The notes below the pieces were generated by a model that saw nothing but the letters and a program-made list of their open reading frames with translations, was not told the origin of the DNA and made no database searches. Shown in pieces: positions 10,468-20,345 of a stretch of DNA of 64,000 nt (positions within the stretch are counted from its first letter, which is position 1; each line of letters starts with the position of its first letter). The position numbers were made by a program, and so were the translations under genes. The stretch covers positions 5,302 through 69,301 of the forward strand of contig JBEKDF010000004.1 of the NCBI GenBank assembly GCA_050014495.1. The letters are read 5' to 3'. Origin of the DNA: Candidatus Bathyarchaeia archaeon (lineage in GTDB: Archaea > Thermoproteota > Bathyarchaeia > TCS64).

Positions 10468-10498
10468 CCGATTTAACTCTCAATATTGGGGCTTCGAT

Positions 10499-11011
10499 AT
10501 GCGCTGCGAGGTATGCGGTAGAGAAATTTTGGGGCCTCCTCAGCGAAGAATAATTGAGGGGGCGAAGCTAACGGTCTGCTCTAGATGCGCCTCCTTTGGT
10601 ACCTCCGATTGGGCACCTGGCAGACCAACTCCGACAAAGACGCCGAGCAGGTCACAATTAACTTCGATGCCCGCCGCCCGTCCAAGAATGAGGAATGATG
10701 TAGAATCAGTCGAACAACTAGAGCTAATCGAGGATTACGGTACGCAGATCAGGAAGGCCCGCCAAAAACTAGGTCTATCTGAGAAGGATCTGGCCAAGAA
10801 GATGCAGGAGAAAGACTCCGTGATTAAGAACCTCGAGAAGATGGAACTAACCCCCGACAACAAGCTCATCACCAAGATCAGGAAGTACCTCGGCCTCGAC
10901 ATAGTGGAGCACACCGACGTATCTAAGTCCCAGATACTCGCAAAGCCTACGGGTGCGAAGACTATCGGGGATATGCTCCGCATAGACTCGGAGAAGAGCG
11001 AGAAGCCTTAA
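10499..11011 (+). CDS. mbf1: Multiprotein bridging factor aMBF1 (Zn ribbon + HTH)
   Basis: MRCEVCG...IEGAKLTVCSRC, DYG.QIRKARQKLGLS, TIGD; start moved to ATG 10499. Confidence 0.9.
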   Translation: MRCEVCGREILGPPQRRIIEGAKLTVCSRCASFGTSDWAPGRPTPTKTPSRSQLTSMPAARPRMRNDVESVEQLELIEDYGTQIRKARQKLGLSEKDLAKKMQEKDSVIKNLEKMELTPDNKLITKIRKYLGLDIVEHTDVSKSQILAKPTGAKTIGDMLRIDSEKSEKP

Positions 11012-11604
11012 TGGCGCGGGAAATGGAGCCAAAAAGCATAGTTATTTTAATATCTGGCACCCCTGGCACTGGGAAGACAACTGTTTCTTCGCTACTTTCC
11101 CGGGAGTTGCATGGTGAACATATAGATCTTACTCATCTCGTCAAGGAGAGGGGATTAAGCCAAGGCTGGGACGATATACGCGCAACAACAATAGCCGATT
11201 TAAAGGCTCTACGCATCGCAGTCGTCAAAATATTGGATGACTCTAAGAAGCCAGTCATCATTGATGGCCACTATTCCCCTGACATCGTATCCCGCGAAAA
11301 AGTCACCCTTATCATTGTGTTAAGACGCGCTCCCTGGGTTCTGAGGGAAGATCTCAGGGCTCGAGGATACAGCCCAATAAAAATTCGTGAGAACGTTGAG
11401 GCCGAGCTCCTCGGTACCTGTCTCGTCGACGCTTTAGCCACACAAGATACTAGAAAAATATGCGAGATCGACACAACAAGAATGGATCCCAAGGAAACAG
11501 TTAAGCTGATAATTGCCATCCTCGAAGGGGATACGGATTGCCACCACGGGGTCATCGACTGGATGAACTTTCCTGAAGTTGAGACGCTTCTAGGGGAGCT
11601 TTAA
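11011..11604 (+). CDS. AK6/Fap7-type adenylate kinase
   Basis: ISGTPGTGKTT, IDGH, RGYS..KIRENVEAE. Confidence 0.88.
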   Translation: MAREMEPKSIVILISGTPGTGKTTVSSLLSRELHGEHIDLTHLVKERGLSQGWDDIRATTIADLKALRIAVVKILDDSKKPVIIDGHYSPDIVSREKVTLIIVLRRAPWVLREDLRARGYSPIKIRENVEAELLGTCLVDALATQDTRKICEIDTTRMDPKETVKLIIAILEGDTDCHHGVIDWMNFPEVETLLGEL

Positions 11605-11607
11605 AAA

Positions 11608-11835
11608 ATGTACATAGTGGTCCGCTGCCCTAGGTGCGGAGAGCTCATGCTTGCGAACACAGCTAACCAGACAAGGTCCTGCCCAAACTGTAACAACCGA
11701 GCCGAGCTCAAGACACTCCGCATCTACGGAAAGGCCGAGACTCCTACAGAGGCAACGCAACTCATGAAGTCTCTCAAAGCGAAAGAGGGGGGTGGCGAAG
11801 ACTACAAGCCGAGTTTTAAGCGCCTCGATTCATAG
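11608..11835 (+). CDS. Small zinc-ribbon protein (DUF1922-like)
   Basis: YIVVRCPRCG...CPNC; operonic position. Confidence 0.75.
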   Translation: MYIVVRCPRCGELMLANTANQTRSCPNCNNRAELKTLRIYGKAETPTEATQLMKSLKAKEGGGEDYKPSFKRLDS

Positions 11836-11924
11836 ACTGATAGTTGCACATAGGAATTTCTTGTTGCTCAACTTTCGCATTTTTATACTGGGGGAGGGTA
11901 TCTGTGGTCTAGAGGTTAAACGAA

Positions 11925-12347
11925 ATGGCGGCTGTAACCAGCAGAAGATTCTTCGAGGAACTCGGCCTACTCGTCGGAAAGTCTGTAGCAGTCTTTGACA
12001 CGACTGGCAAATCCTACGATGGCGAGTTACTTGGGTACGACTCAAATACGCTGAGCATCTGCCTTGGCAACGTTAACACCGAGCGCGGGAAAGTACACAG
12101 GGTCTTTATCGTAGGCGGTAGCGTCGCTCGAATCCTAGCCTCAGAGAGACCATTCAACCTCGAGGGGTTAAAGGAAAGGCTGGAGAAGGTCTTCCCTAAC
12201 ATGGTACAGCTAATACCAGAGGCACGAGTCATCATCGTCATGGGAAAGATAAGGCTGAACGAGACTGGTGTTATCGAGGGGACGGGACCAGCTGCGGATA
12301 GGGTCAGGGATATTTTCCAGAGATTTAAGACCGAGACCCAAGCTTAA
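11925..12347 (+). CDS. Lsm protein with C-terminal domain (SmAP3 type)
   Basis: Sm1/Sm2 fold (GKSYDGELLGYD...LSICL) plus Lsm_C (GVIEGTGPAADRV). Confidence 0.85.
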   Translation: MAAVTSRRFFEELGLLVGKSVAVFDTTGKSYDGELLGYDSNTLSICLGNVNTERGKVHRVFIVGGSVARILASERPFNLEGLKERLEKVFPNMVQLIPEARVIIVMGKIRLNETGVIEGTGPAADRVRDIFQRFKTETQA

Positions 12348-12355
12348 TTTTTTTT
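12348..12355 (+). terminator. Oligo-T archaeal terminator
   Basis: T8 directly after the Lsm stop codon. Confidence 0.55.
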
Positions 12356-12430
12356 AATCGAAAAGTATCGACGTTTTTTTATTACAAATCGCCAAGGTGA
12401 AATACCCGATACCACACACCCTCAGCCTAT

Positions 12431-14047
12431 ATGGCATTCGAGCTAAGGGATAGGGACTTAATGGGCCGGATCGGTCGTCTAAAGACGAAGAGCGGCATCG
12501 TCGAAACCCCCGCTTTTATGCCAGTAATAAACCCCCTTACTCAGGTCATCCCACCGAAAAGGATGAAGAAAGATTTCCATATAGAAATCGTTATCACGAA
12601 TAGCTATCTCGCCAAGAAGAACTTCTCTGAGATCTCCGACCTCGACATCCATAGGCTCCTTGATTATGACGGTGTCGTCATGACTGACTCTGGTGCCTAC
12701 CAGATTCTCGTGTATGGCGGGGTCGAGGTAACTCAGACAGAGATCATCGAGTACCAGAATAAGATACGATCCGATATAGCTGTCATCCTGGACATCCCGA
12801 CAGGTTGGGATGTTCCTCGCGAGAAGGTGGAATATACAGTCAACGAGACGCTCCACCGTGCAGAGGAGGCTATCCCCCTAATAAGAAATAGTGACGCTCT
12901 CTGGGTCGGCCCAATTCAAGGGGGCAGACATCTCGACCTAGTCGCTAAGTCTGCGAATAGTATTGGTAAGATGCCCTTCCAGATTCACGCATTGGGCAGC
13001 CCAACCGAGGTCATGGAACGCTACATGTTCACTGTCCTAGTCGACATGATTGTGGCTGCTAAACGAAACCTCCCTCCTGACCGACCCCTCCACCTCTTTG
13101 GTGCTGGCCACCCAATGATGTTCAGCCTCGCCTCAGCACTAGGCTGCGATCTATTCGACTCTGCTAGCTACGCCTTATACGCCAAGGATGGAAGATACCT
13201 GACCCCCAACGGCACCCTGCGTCTCGAGGACATTAACTACCTTCCATGTAGCTGTCCAGTCTGCAGGAAGTACTCAGCGGAGGAGCTAAAGACCGCAACG
13301 AGGGGCGAGAGGGAGAGGCTTCTCGCTGAGCATAACCTCCACGCTTGTGCAATAGAGATAGAAGCTGTAAAGCAAGCCATATTCGAGGGGAGTCTCTGGG
13401 ACCTAGTTGAAAGGAGAAGTAGAGGACATCCCGCCATGACTTCGGCCTTAAAGAGGCTCCGGGAGTATCAAGTTGACCTTGAGAGAGGTAGCCCCACATT
13501 CAAGGGTCATGGTGTATTTTATTACGACTACCATAGCCTCGCCCGCCCCGAAATAAAGCGATACACACGTCTACTCAATCAGAACTATAAGAGACCCGTT
13601 GGAACGGAGGCCCTCATCCTAATTACTGCCCCCTCGCACAAACCCTTCGACGGAAGCGATGAGTACAGACACCTTAGGCAGAAACTCTACAACGAATTAG
13701 GAGAGGACCTAGATCGATTCCACTTTTGTTTCTATGCTGCCCCGTACGGGCCCATACCAGCGGACCTATCGGAGACATACCCACTGTCCCAGTTTGAGAT
13801 AGCGACTCCACTTGACATAGAGACGATCCGATACTCTGCAAGCGCCGTTGCCAGCTTCGTTGCATGTAGTAACTATAGGACTATCTTTCTCTACAGAGGA
13901 AGGGGTGAACTAGATGATGATGTGGAGTCTGCCCTAATGGACGCCTGCGAGAGGGCCAAGATAAACCTCACCACGATCTGGAATAACGATCCATGGGAAG
14001 CCAACGCCTTCTCTGCCCTCTGCAACACACTCAAAACTCGAAGGTAG
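12431..14047 (+). CDS. tgtA: Archaeosine tRNA-guanine(15) transglycosylase (no PUA domain)
   Basis: ETPAFMPV, MTDSGAYQ, HLFGAGHP, FDSASY, CSCPVC...HN. Confidence 0.95.
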   Translation: MAFELRDRDLMGRIGRLKTKSGIVETPAFMPVINPLTQVIPPKRMKKDFHIEIVITNSYLAKKNFSEISDLDIHRLLDYDGVVMTDSGAYQILVYGGVEVTQTEIIEYQNKIRSDIAVILDIPTGWDVPREKVEYTVNETLHRAEEAIPLIRNSDALWVGPIQGGRHLDLVAKSANSIGKMPFQIHALGSPTEVMERYMFTVLVDMIVAAKRNLPPDRPLHLFGAGHPMMFSLASALGCDLFDSASYALYAKDGRYLTPNGTLRLEDINYLPCSCPVCRKYSAEELKTATRGERERLLAEHNLHACAIEIEAVKQAIFEGSLWDLVERRSRGHPAMTSALKRLREYQVDLERGSPTFKGHGVFYYDYHSLARPEIKRYTRLLNQNYKRPVGTEALILITAPSHKPFDGSDEYRHLRQKLYNELGEDLDRFHFCFYAAPYGPIPADLSETYPLSQFEIATPLDIETIRYSASAVASFVACSNYRTIFLYRGRGELDDDVESALMDACERAKINLTTIWNNDPWEANAFSALCNTLKTRR

Positions 14048-14077
14048 ACACACACGCATGAATCCTTATCCCTCAAA

Positions 14078-14229
14078 CCATTTAGGGGTAGCCCTAGTGG
14101 GAAGGTATAAGTGCATGAAAAACATAGATGCACCGTCCCCCCAGGGGGTTAGAAAGGCCACCGGGGAAAGGACTCGACGATCCGTAGGCATTAGCCTGTA
14201 AACAGCGGGTCGCTTCGTTGCCTAGGCAA
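14078..14229 (+). ncRNA. Candidate structured RNA or 5' leader of unknown family
   Basis: Consecutive hand-paired hairpins in a GC-rich intergenic region; TATA-like aaggtataag at 14102-14111. Confidence 0.4.
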
Positions 14230-14242
14230 GGTATAGATAGCA

Positions 14243-15502
14243 ATGGTAAAGTTAGAATTCATGGGTGGAACCCATGAGGTAGGTCGTAATGCGATTGTGC
14301 TTCAGTCGAATGAAGCAAAGTTATTATTGGAATACGGTGTTAAGGTCGGGGAGCCGACTGAGTTCCCCGCCCATGTCAGGGCAAAGGACATCGACGGTAT
14401 AGTATTGGCTCACGCTCATCTCGACCACAGCGGTGGCGTGCCCATGTTCTACCTCTCAGAGAGGAAACCTCTCTTCTGCACATCCACGACAGCGGACATC
14501 TCTAAGTTACTCATAGAAGACATGATTAAACTCAACAATTACTACCTCCCATTCGAATATATCGAACTCGACAACATGATGAAGCAGAGAAATGACCTTG
14601 CCTATGGGCAGGAGGTCAAACTCAAGGATATCAACTTCAATCTACAGAACGCGGGCCACATCCCTGGATCCGCCATGGTAGACCTCGAGGTCAACGGCAA
14701 AAGCATCCTCTACACTAGCGACTTCAACACAATAGAGACACGCCTCTGCACCGCAGCAAAGGTCCCCAAGAAGAAGTACGACACGGTTATAATCGAATCA
14801 ACATACGCGACTCACGAGCACCCTGAGAGGAAGCAGCTCGAGATAGAATTCGTTAAGGCGGTCAAGGATGTCGTCAACGATGGCGGCAAGGTCCTTATCC
14901 CCGCCTTCGCCGTGGGTCGGAGCCAGGAGATGTTCAGCATCCTCCACGCCCACGGCTTCGAGGGCGCTGTCGTACTCGACGGAATGGCTCGTGCGGTAGA
15001 CCGAATCCTCCTCGAAAGACAAGAGGCGGTTAAGACCCCTGCACAGTTCGAGCAGGCGTGTATGAGAGTACAGGAGGTACGTGGCTGGAGAGACCGGAGG
15101 AAGGCGATTAGCCAGGCGAATGTCATAGTCGCCCCTAGTGGTATGCTTCAGGGAGGCACAGCTGTCTTCTATATGGAGAAGCTTGGCTTCCGCCCCGAGA
15201 ACGCGATCTTCCTCGTCAGTTTCCAAGTTCCGGGCACGGGGGGCTCCAAACTCATGGAGCAGGGTACCTTCAACATCGCCGAGAAGGATGAGAAGGTCAC
15301 AGCCAAGGTTCGCCACTTCGACTTCAGTAGCCACACCGGCGCTACACCCCTTCAAAACTTTATTAAAGGACTCAAGGGAAAACCAGACCTCTACGTCATC
15401 CACGGCGAGCCTGATAGCTGTGACTACCTCGCCCAATGGGCGCAGGATGAGTGCGGCCTAAAGGCAACAGCTCCAAATTTGGGCGACGAGTTCGAGGTCT
15501 AA
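14243..15502 (+). CDS. beta-CASP metallo-beta-lactamase ribonuclease (aCPSF2-like)
   Basis: GGTHEVGRN, HAHLDHSG, AGHIPGS, ESTY, PAFAVGRSQE, FSSH, IHGE. Confidence 0.9.
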   Translation: MVKLEFMGGTHEVGRNAIVLQSNEAKLLLEYGVKVGEPTEFPAHVRAKDIDGIVLAHAHLDHSGGVPMFYLSERKPLFCTSTTADISKLLIEDMIKLNNYYLPFEYIELDNMMKQRNDLAYGQEVKLKDINFNLQNAGHIPGSAMVDLEVNGKSILYTSDFNTIETRLCTAAKVPKKKYDTVIIESTYATHEHPERKQLEIEFVKAVKDVVNDGGKVLIPAFAVGRSQEMFSILHAHGFEGAVVLDGMARAVDRILLERQEAVKTPAQFEQACMRVQEVRGWRDRRKAISQANVIVAPSGMLQGGTAVFYMEKLGFRPENAIFLVSFQVPGTGGSKLMEQGTFNIAEKDEKVTAKVRHFDFSSHTGATPLQNFIKGLKGKPDLYVIHGEPDSCDYLAQWAQDECGLKATAPNLGDEFEV

Positions 15503-15561
15503 CCCCAACCGAAAGGCTAAATATTAGCCTCTATTTCTCTTGTCAAGACACGGTGGCAGGT

Positions 15562-15756
15562 ATGCCGAAAGAAATCACTAACATTGACGAGTTCCTCAAG
15601 CTATCGGAGAAGGCGAGTGAGTGCAAGGTTAAGAAGCTCGGCGAGATAACGAAGCTCAAGCTGAGAACTCCTGGCAACCTATTCACCATAAAACTCGAGG
15701 CGAAGGCAGCTGAAGAGCTCCTCGCAAAACTAACCTGTCTCAAGACCGAGTTGTAA
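15562..15756 (+). CDS. rpl38e: 50S ribosomal protein L38e
   Basis: MPKEITNIDEFL...VKK...TKLKLRT..LFT; start moved to ATG 15562. Confidence 0.85.
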   Translation: MPKEITNIDEFLKLSEKASECKVKKLGEITKLKLRTPGNLFTIKLEAKAAEELLAKLTCLKTEL

Positions 15757-15900
15757 TTCGGCCTGGCCTTTTAGACCTGGTGCCAACGGCACAATTAATC
15801 AATTGAATGAAGAACCAATATCCAATTCTAAATCAGACGTGGAGGGAAAAACAAGCTAAGTTAGCGATTGTTGGGGGGAGGGTGGGTGGGGGAGAATTCT

Positions 15901-18669
15901 ATGTACGACGAATGCGCCTTATCGAGGGTCGATGAGGTCTATGCACGCCTCCAGTCAGGGCCAGGCGGTCTGACCATGGAGGAGGTAGCTGCACGGCTTC
16001 AGAATTATGGCCCCAACAAGCTACCCTCCGCTAAGAAGAGGAGCCTCACGAGCAGGATGATCCTCCAGATTAGAAATGCCTTCAACTTGCTGCTTCTATT
16101 CGCCTCAGCTCTAAGCTTTTTTAGTGGATACACTTATGGAGACCCCGGCTCGGTGCAGATGGGTGCCGCGATATTAGCGGTCGTAATAATTAATGTAGTC
16201 TTTAGCATCTTCCAGGAGACCCGCGCTGAGCAGGCCGTCCAGACTATCACCAAGCTCATCCCAACTAAGGCAAAGGTCTTCCGTGCCAATGTCGAAGTTG
16301 CGATAGAAGTTTCGGACATTGTGCCCGGCGACATCGTTGTCCTCGACGAGGGTGACAGGGTCCCCGCCGACCTCCGCCTCATCAGCGCCTTCGAGGTCTC
16401 GGTTGACAACTCGATCCTCACCGGTGAGTCGGAAGCGCTGAGGCGCTTCGTCGACATGACACCAGAGATGACTGTCAACAACGTTGTGGAGTATCAAAAC
16501 CTCCTCTTCGCGGGCTCCACTATAGTATCCGGCGTGGTGAGGGGCATCGTCCTGACGACGGGGAAGGACACTGTATTCGGGCGAATAGTCACCCTTTCGA
16601 GTCAGATCGAGGACCCTCTTAGCCCTCTGCAAAAAGACATCGATAGAACGGCAAAGGTCAACCTCTTCCTCTCCATTGTAGTGGGTGCCCTCTTTTTTCT
16701 CGTCGCGAAAACCTTCGTCAATCTCACCGTGATAGAGAGTATACTCTTCGCCATAGGTGTGATGATCAGCCTCGTTCCTGAGGGCTTCCAGCTCACCGTA
16801 TCGCTTAGCCTAGCCATCACTGCCCTCGGCATGGCGAAGAGGAATGTCATTGTAAAACGACTATCAGCCATTGAGACAATCGGTTCCATGACCGTCCTCT
16901 GCGTAGACAAAACAGGAACAATAACGAGTGGAGAGATGATGGTTGAGAAGCTCTGGACCAGCGGAAAGGTCTTCGATGTGAGCGGCGACGGGTACAGTCC
17001 CGAGGGCTTCGTCACCATCCAAGGAAGGAGGATGAACCAGGAAGAGAGACCCCACCTCATGAGCCTCTTTGAGGTATCTGCTTTCTGCACAAACGCAAAG
17101 CTCGTCGCTCCAACCGACAGAATAGGGCGTTGGTCGGTACTAGGAGACCCAACGGACGGCGCCTTCCAAGTTTTTGCAGGCAAGGGAGACTTTAACGCCG
17201 CGATCGCCTTAGCAGAGACTCCACGCATAGATCTCATTCCATTCGACTCCACGAGAAGGATGATGACCGTCATCCATGGAGCCTCTAGTGGCGCCATGAA
17301 GGCGTACACAAAAGGCTCATGCTACGATGTCTTGGCACGCTGTACCTCCATCTCCTATAAGGGAAGGAATGAACATCTCACCGAGACCATGATGGCTGAG
17401 ATAAACCGCATGATAACCTCTTTCGCCTCAGACGGATATAGGGTCCTAGCCATGGCATCGAAGGAGCTACCCCAAGGTATGGCAACATCTGAAGAGGCTG
17501 AGAAGGAAATGACCTTCCTGGGACTCGCAGCGCTTCACGATCCGCCGAGACCGAAGACAGAGGCCGCTGTTCTCCATGCCAAAAGCGCGGGTGTTAAGGT
17601 CATCATGATTACTGGCGACCATGAACTCACAGCTGAGGCCGTGGCCAGGAAGGTTGGAATTATATCTGACTCCAATCACGCGGCGGTGACAGGCTCTGAA
17701 CTTAACAAGATGAGCGACGAGGAGCTCTCACGTATTCTCGACACCAGAGAGATGGTGTTCGCAAGAACGACTCCTGAACATAAGTTGAGGGTCGTTAAAG
17801 CCCTTATGGCGAAGGGGGAGATAGTAGCCGTGACGGGGGATGGGGTTAACGACTCCCCCGCCCTCATCGAGGCAAACGTGGGCATCGCCATGGGTGCAGG
17901 TGGTACCGACGTTGCACGTGAGTCCGCAGACATAGTTCTCTTGGACAATGACTTCACTTCAATCGTCGAGGGACTAAGACTTGGTAGGGCAACATACGAT
18001 AACCTACGCAAGTTCGTCTACTACGTCTACACTCACAACTTCGCTGAGCTTGTCACATTCGTCGCCTTCATAATACTCGGTATCCCGCTTCCACTTCTGG
18101 TAATACAGGTCCTGGCCATTGACTTATTACTAGAAATACCCGTCTCCCTTGCCCTTATCACGGAGGCCCCGGAGCCAGACGTTCTGGAGAAGCCGCCGAG
18201 GGCGAGAAACATCAAGTTGATGGATAGCAAGACGCTCGGTAGGGCAGCTGTCATCGGTGTAATAGTCGGTGCCACCGCGGTACTATACGCCTTCAACGTC
18301 TGGGGTCGGGGAGGATGGTATTACGGTTCCATCACATTGATCGATTCACGGATATACGCGATGGGCACGACAGCGGTGCTGGTTGGAATTATGGCGGGTC
18401 AGTTAGGGAATCTTATTTCGACACGAGTCGGCCTTCACTCGGCGTTAAAATCGAACCCATTTAGCAATAGGTGGATACCCATAGGTGTACTTGTTGAGCT
18501 GGGGATGCTTGCACTTATTGTCTACGCACCGTTCCTACAGCCCATTTTCGGTACCGCGGCACTGTCTCCTGTGGATTGGCTAGTTCTTTTCATATTGGTG
18601 CCCCTCGTCCTCCTGATCGACGAGTCGAGGAAATACCTTACGCGTCGGTTAACCAAGAAGAAGCGCTGA
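15901..18669 (+). CDS. Type II cation-transporting P-type ATPase (IIC/Na,K-like)
   Basis: TGES, VPEG, DKTGT, DPPR, TGD, GDGVND; start may be 15868-15901. Confidence 0.93.
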   Translation: MYDECALSRVDEVYARLQSGPGGLTMEEVAARLQNYGPNKLPSAKKRSLTSRMILQIRNAFNLLLLFASALSFFSGYTYGDPGSVQMGAAILAVVIINVVFSIFQETRAEQAVQTITKLIPTKAKVFRANVEVAIEVSDIVPGDIVVLDEGDRVPADLRLISAFEVSVDNSILTGESEALRRFVDMTPEMTVNNVVEYQNLLFAGSTIVSGVVRGIVLTTGKDTVFGRIVTLSSQIEDPLSPLQKDIDRTAKVNLFLSIVVGALFFLVAKTFVNLTVIESILFAIGVMISLVPEGFQLTVSLSLAITALGMAKRNVIVKRLSAIETIGSMTVLCVDKTGTITSGEMMVEKLWTSGKVFDVSGDGYSPEGFVTIQGRRMNQEERPHLMSLFEVSAFCTNAKLVAPTDRIGRWSVLGDPTDGAFQVFAGKGDFNAAIALAETPRIDLIPFDSTRRMMTVIHGASSGAMKAYTKGSCYDVLARCTSISYKGRNEHLTETMMAEINRMITSFASDGYRVLAMASKELPQGMATSEEAEKEMTFLGLAALHDPPRPKTEAAVLHAKSAGVKVIMITGDHELTAEAVARKVGIISDSNHAAVTGSELNKMSDEELSRILDTREMVFARTTPEHKLRVVKALMAKGEIVAVTGDGVNDSPALIEANVGIAMGAGGTDVARESADIVLLDNDFTSIVEGLRLGRATYDNLRKFVYYVYTHNFAELVTFVAFIILGIPLPLLVIQVLAIDLLLEIPVSLALITEAPEPDVLEKPPRARNIKLMDSKTLGRAAVIGVIVGATAVLYAFNVWGRGGWYYGSITLIDSRIYAMGTTAVLVGIMAGQLGNLISTRVGLHSALKSNPFSNRWIPIGVLVELGMLALIVYAPFLQPIFGTAALSPVDWLVLFILVPLVLLIDESRKYLTRRLTKKKR

Positions 18670-18673
18670 AACT

Positions 18674-19129
18674 CTACCTCGGCCAGTGCCTGTAAACTCT
18701 GATTCCCTCTTCCTCTAGAACTCCCCCCGTTATCTCAGCGGGTGTATCGAGACGCTTATAGATCTCCTCGCAGGGAATGTATGGGGATCCTCCCGTGATG
18801 AGTTTGGCGAAGGTCTGGTAGGTGACTCCGTAGACTATCCGCCTTATTCCCGCCTCCCATATAGCGTAAGTGCACATGGCACAAGGAGCGGTGCTAGCGT
18901 AGATAGTGCTCTCTTCAAGAACATCTCGAGGAATGGTCCTCCTAGCCTCCGCGACAAGGTTGAGCTCTGCATGCCTCGTCTGATCCCTATCGGTATTGAC
19001 TGTGTTCACAGCAGTCAGAATCACCTCGCCGCTGTGGACGAGGATGGCGCCGAAGGGGTGATTACCTTTCACCGCTGCGGAGACCGCGAGGTCAAAGGTC
19101 CTCCTCATGTAGATATCATGTACAGTCAC
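18674..19129 (-). CDS. Zn-dependent nucleoside/nucleobase deaminase
   Basis: PFGA, HAE, PCAMC. Confidence 0.88.
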   Translation of the reverse strand: MTVHDIYMRRTFDLAVSAAVKGNHPFGAILVHSGEVILTAVNTVNTDRDQTRHAELNLVAEARRTIPRDVLEESTIYASTAPCAMCTYAIWEAGIRRIVYGVTYQTFAKLITGGSPYIPCEEIYKRLDTPAEITGGVLEEEGIRVYRHWPR

Positions 19130-19184
19130 ACGTAGCCCTCAGTTTAGATTTAAAGAATCTCAGTAAAAAGAGGCTCATAGATGT

Positions 19185-20345
19185 CTAAGCCTTAGCAAAG
19201 ACCTTCATCGCTGCCCCAACTCCCGCACCTGGCTCCTTTACGTAGTTGAGCTGATGTAGGGCCATCTCCATAGCGGAAAGTGTGGCCGTAAGGTCGTTTA
19301 CCATGTCGCTGCCCATATGACCGACACGTACAGTCTTGTCCGAGACGCTTCCGAGACCGCCAGCGATTATCACGTTGAACTTCCCAACAGCGACGCGGAA
19401 GTCGCTTCCCTTCACAGCCTCGGGGAGCCTTGGCACACTCAAAGTGTGGGCGAGGCTCTTCTCATCAGGGAAACTTGTCAGCCCCATGCCCTTAATACCC
19501 GCCTGGAACGCCTTGCTGAAGAGTGCATGCCTCTTCCACCTGGCTTCCAGCCCTTCCTCGTTGATTATTTTCAGCGCTTCAAGCATTCCGAGAACCATAC
19601 CTGTTGCGGGGGTGGCGAAGTACTTCTTAGGGTCTTCCATTATTGGACGCCACTTCTTTAGGTTGGTATAGTAATCCGCGATTGGTGTCTTCCTAGACTC
19701 TATCGCCTTCCACGCTTTATCATTTAGACAGAAGAGACTCAACCCTGGTGGAGCACCAATGGCCTTCTGGCTGCCTGTGAGGCAGAAATCAATACCCCAC
19801 TCATCCATCTTGAGCGGCATACCGCCAATTCCACAGACACTGTCTACGACGTAGAGGACGTCCGTGCCTTTGACCAGTTTGCCGATATCCTCAATTGGGT
19901 TCCCAATCCCCGTGCTGGTATCAACATGTTCGACACAGACAGCCTTGTAACCGCCTTTGTCGAGCTTTTCCCTCACCAACTTAAGGTCCACTGCCTTACC
20001 CCACTCGAATGTAAGGCGATCTGCGATACCGCCGTGACCAGGTACAATCTCCTGCCACTTCTCGCCAAAAAAGCCATTCTCAATACAGAGGACCTTGTTC
20101 CCCTTCTCAACGAGGTTGGCTGCGGCTGCCTCCATGCCTAGAGTCCCACTCCCCGAAATGAGAAATGGTGTACCACTCGTCATGAAGAGGCTCTTCTGCA
20201 GTCTAAGAGTCTCAGCATATGCCTCAGTGAAATCCGCTGCACCGTGGCTCAGTATCGGTTTGGCTAGGGCCCTGAGGACCCTGGGTGAGATCATCGTCGG
20301 TCCCGGAATCATGAGTAACTCGCGCTCGTGGTCCAAAATGCGCAC
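19185..20345 (-). CDS. Class V PLP aminotransferase (alanine-glyoxylate/serine-pyruvate type)
   Basis: LMIPGP, GSGT..MEAA, DTSTG, GSQKAIGAPPG, RVGHMG. Confidence 0.92.
   Translation of the reverse strand: MRILDHERELLMIPGPTMISPRVLRALAKPILSHGAADFTEAYAETLRLQKSLFMTSGTPFLISGSGTLGMEAAAANLVEKGNKVLCIENGFFGEKWQEIVPGHGGIADRLTFEWGKAVDLKLVREKLDKGGYKAVCVEHVDTSTGIGNPIEDIGKLVKGTDVLYVVDSVCGIGGMPLKMDEWGIDFCLTGSQKAIGAPPGLSLFCLNDKAWKAIESRKTPIADYYTNLKKWRPIMEDPKKYFATPATGMVLGMLEALKIINEEGLEARWKRHALFSKAFQAGIKGMGLTSFPDEKSLAHTLSVPRLPEAVKGSDFRVAVGKFNVIIAGGLGSVSDKTVRVGHMGSDMVNDLTATLSAMEMALHQLNYVKEPGAGVGAAMKVFAKA

Noticed and set aside
14798-15436. Long antisense ORFs (also 16602-17309, 24198-24998, 37033-37653, 39191-39757)
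   Set aside because: Shadows of well-supported genes on the opposite strand with no motifs of their own.
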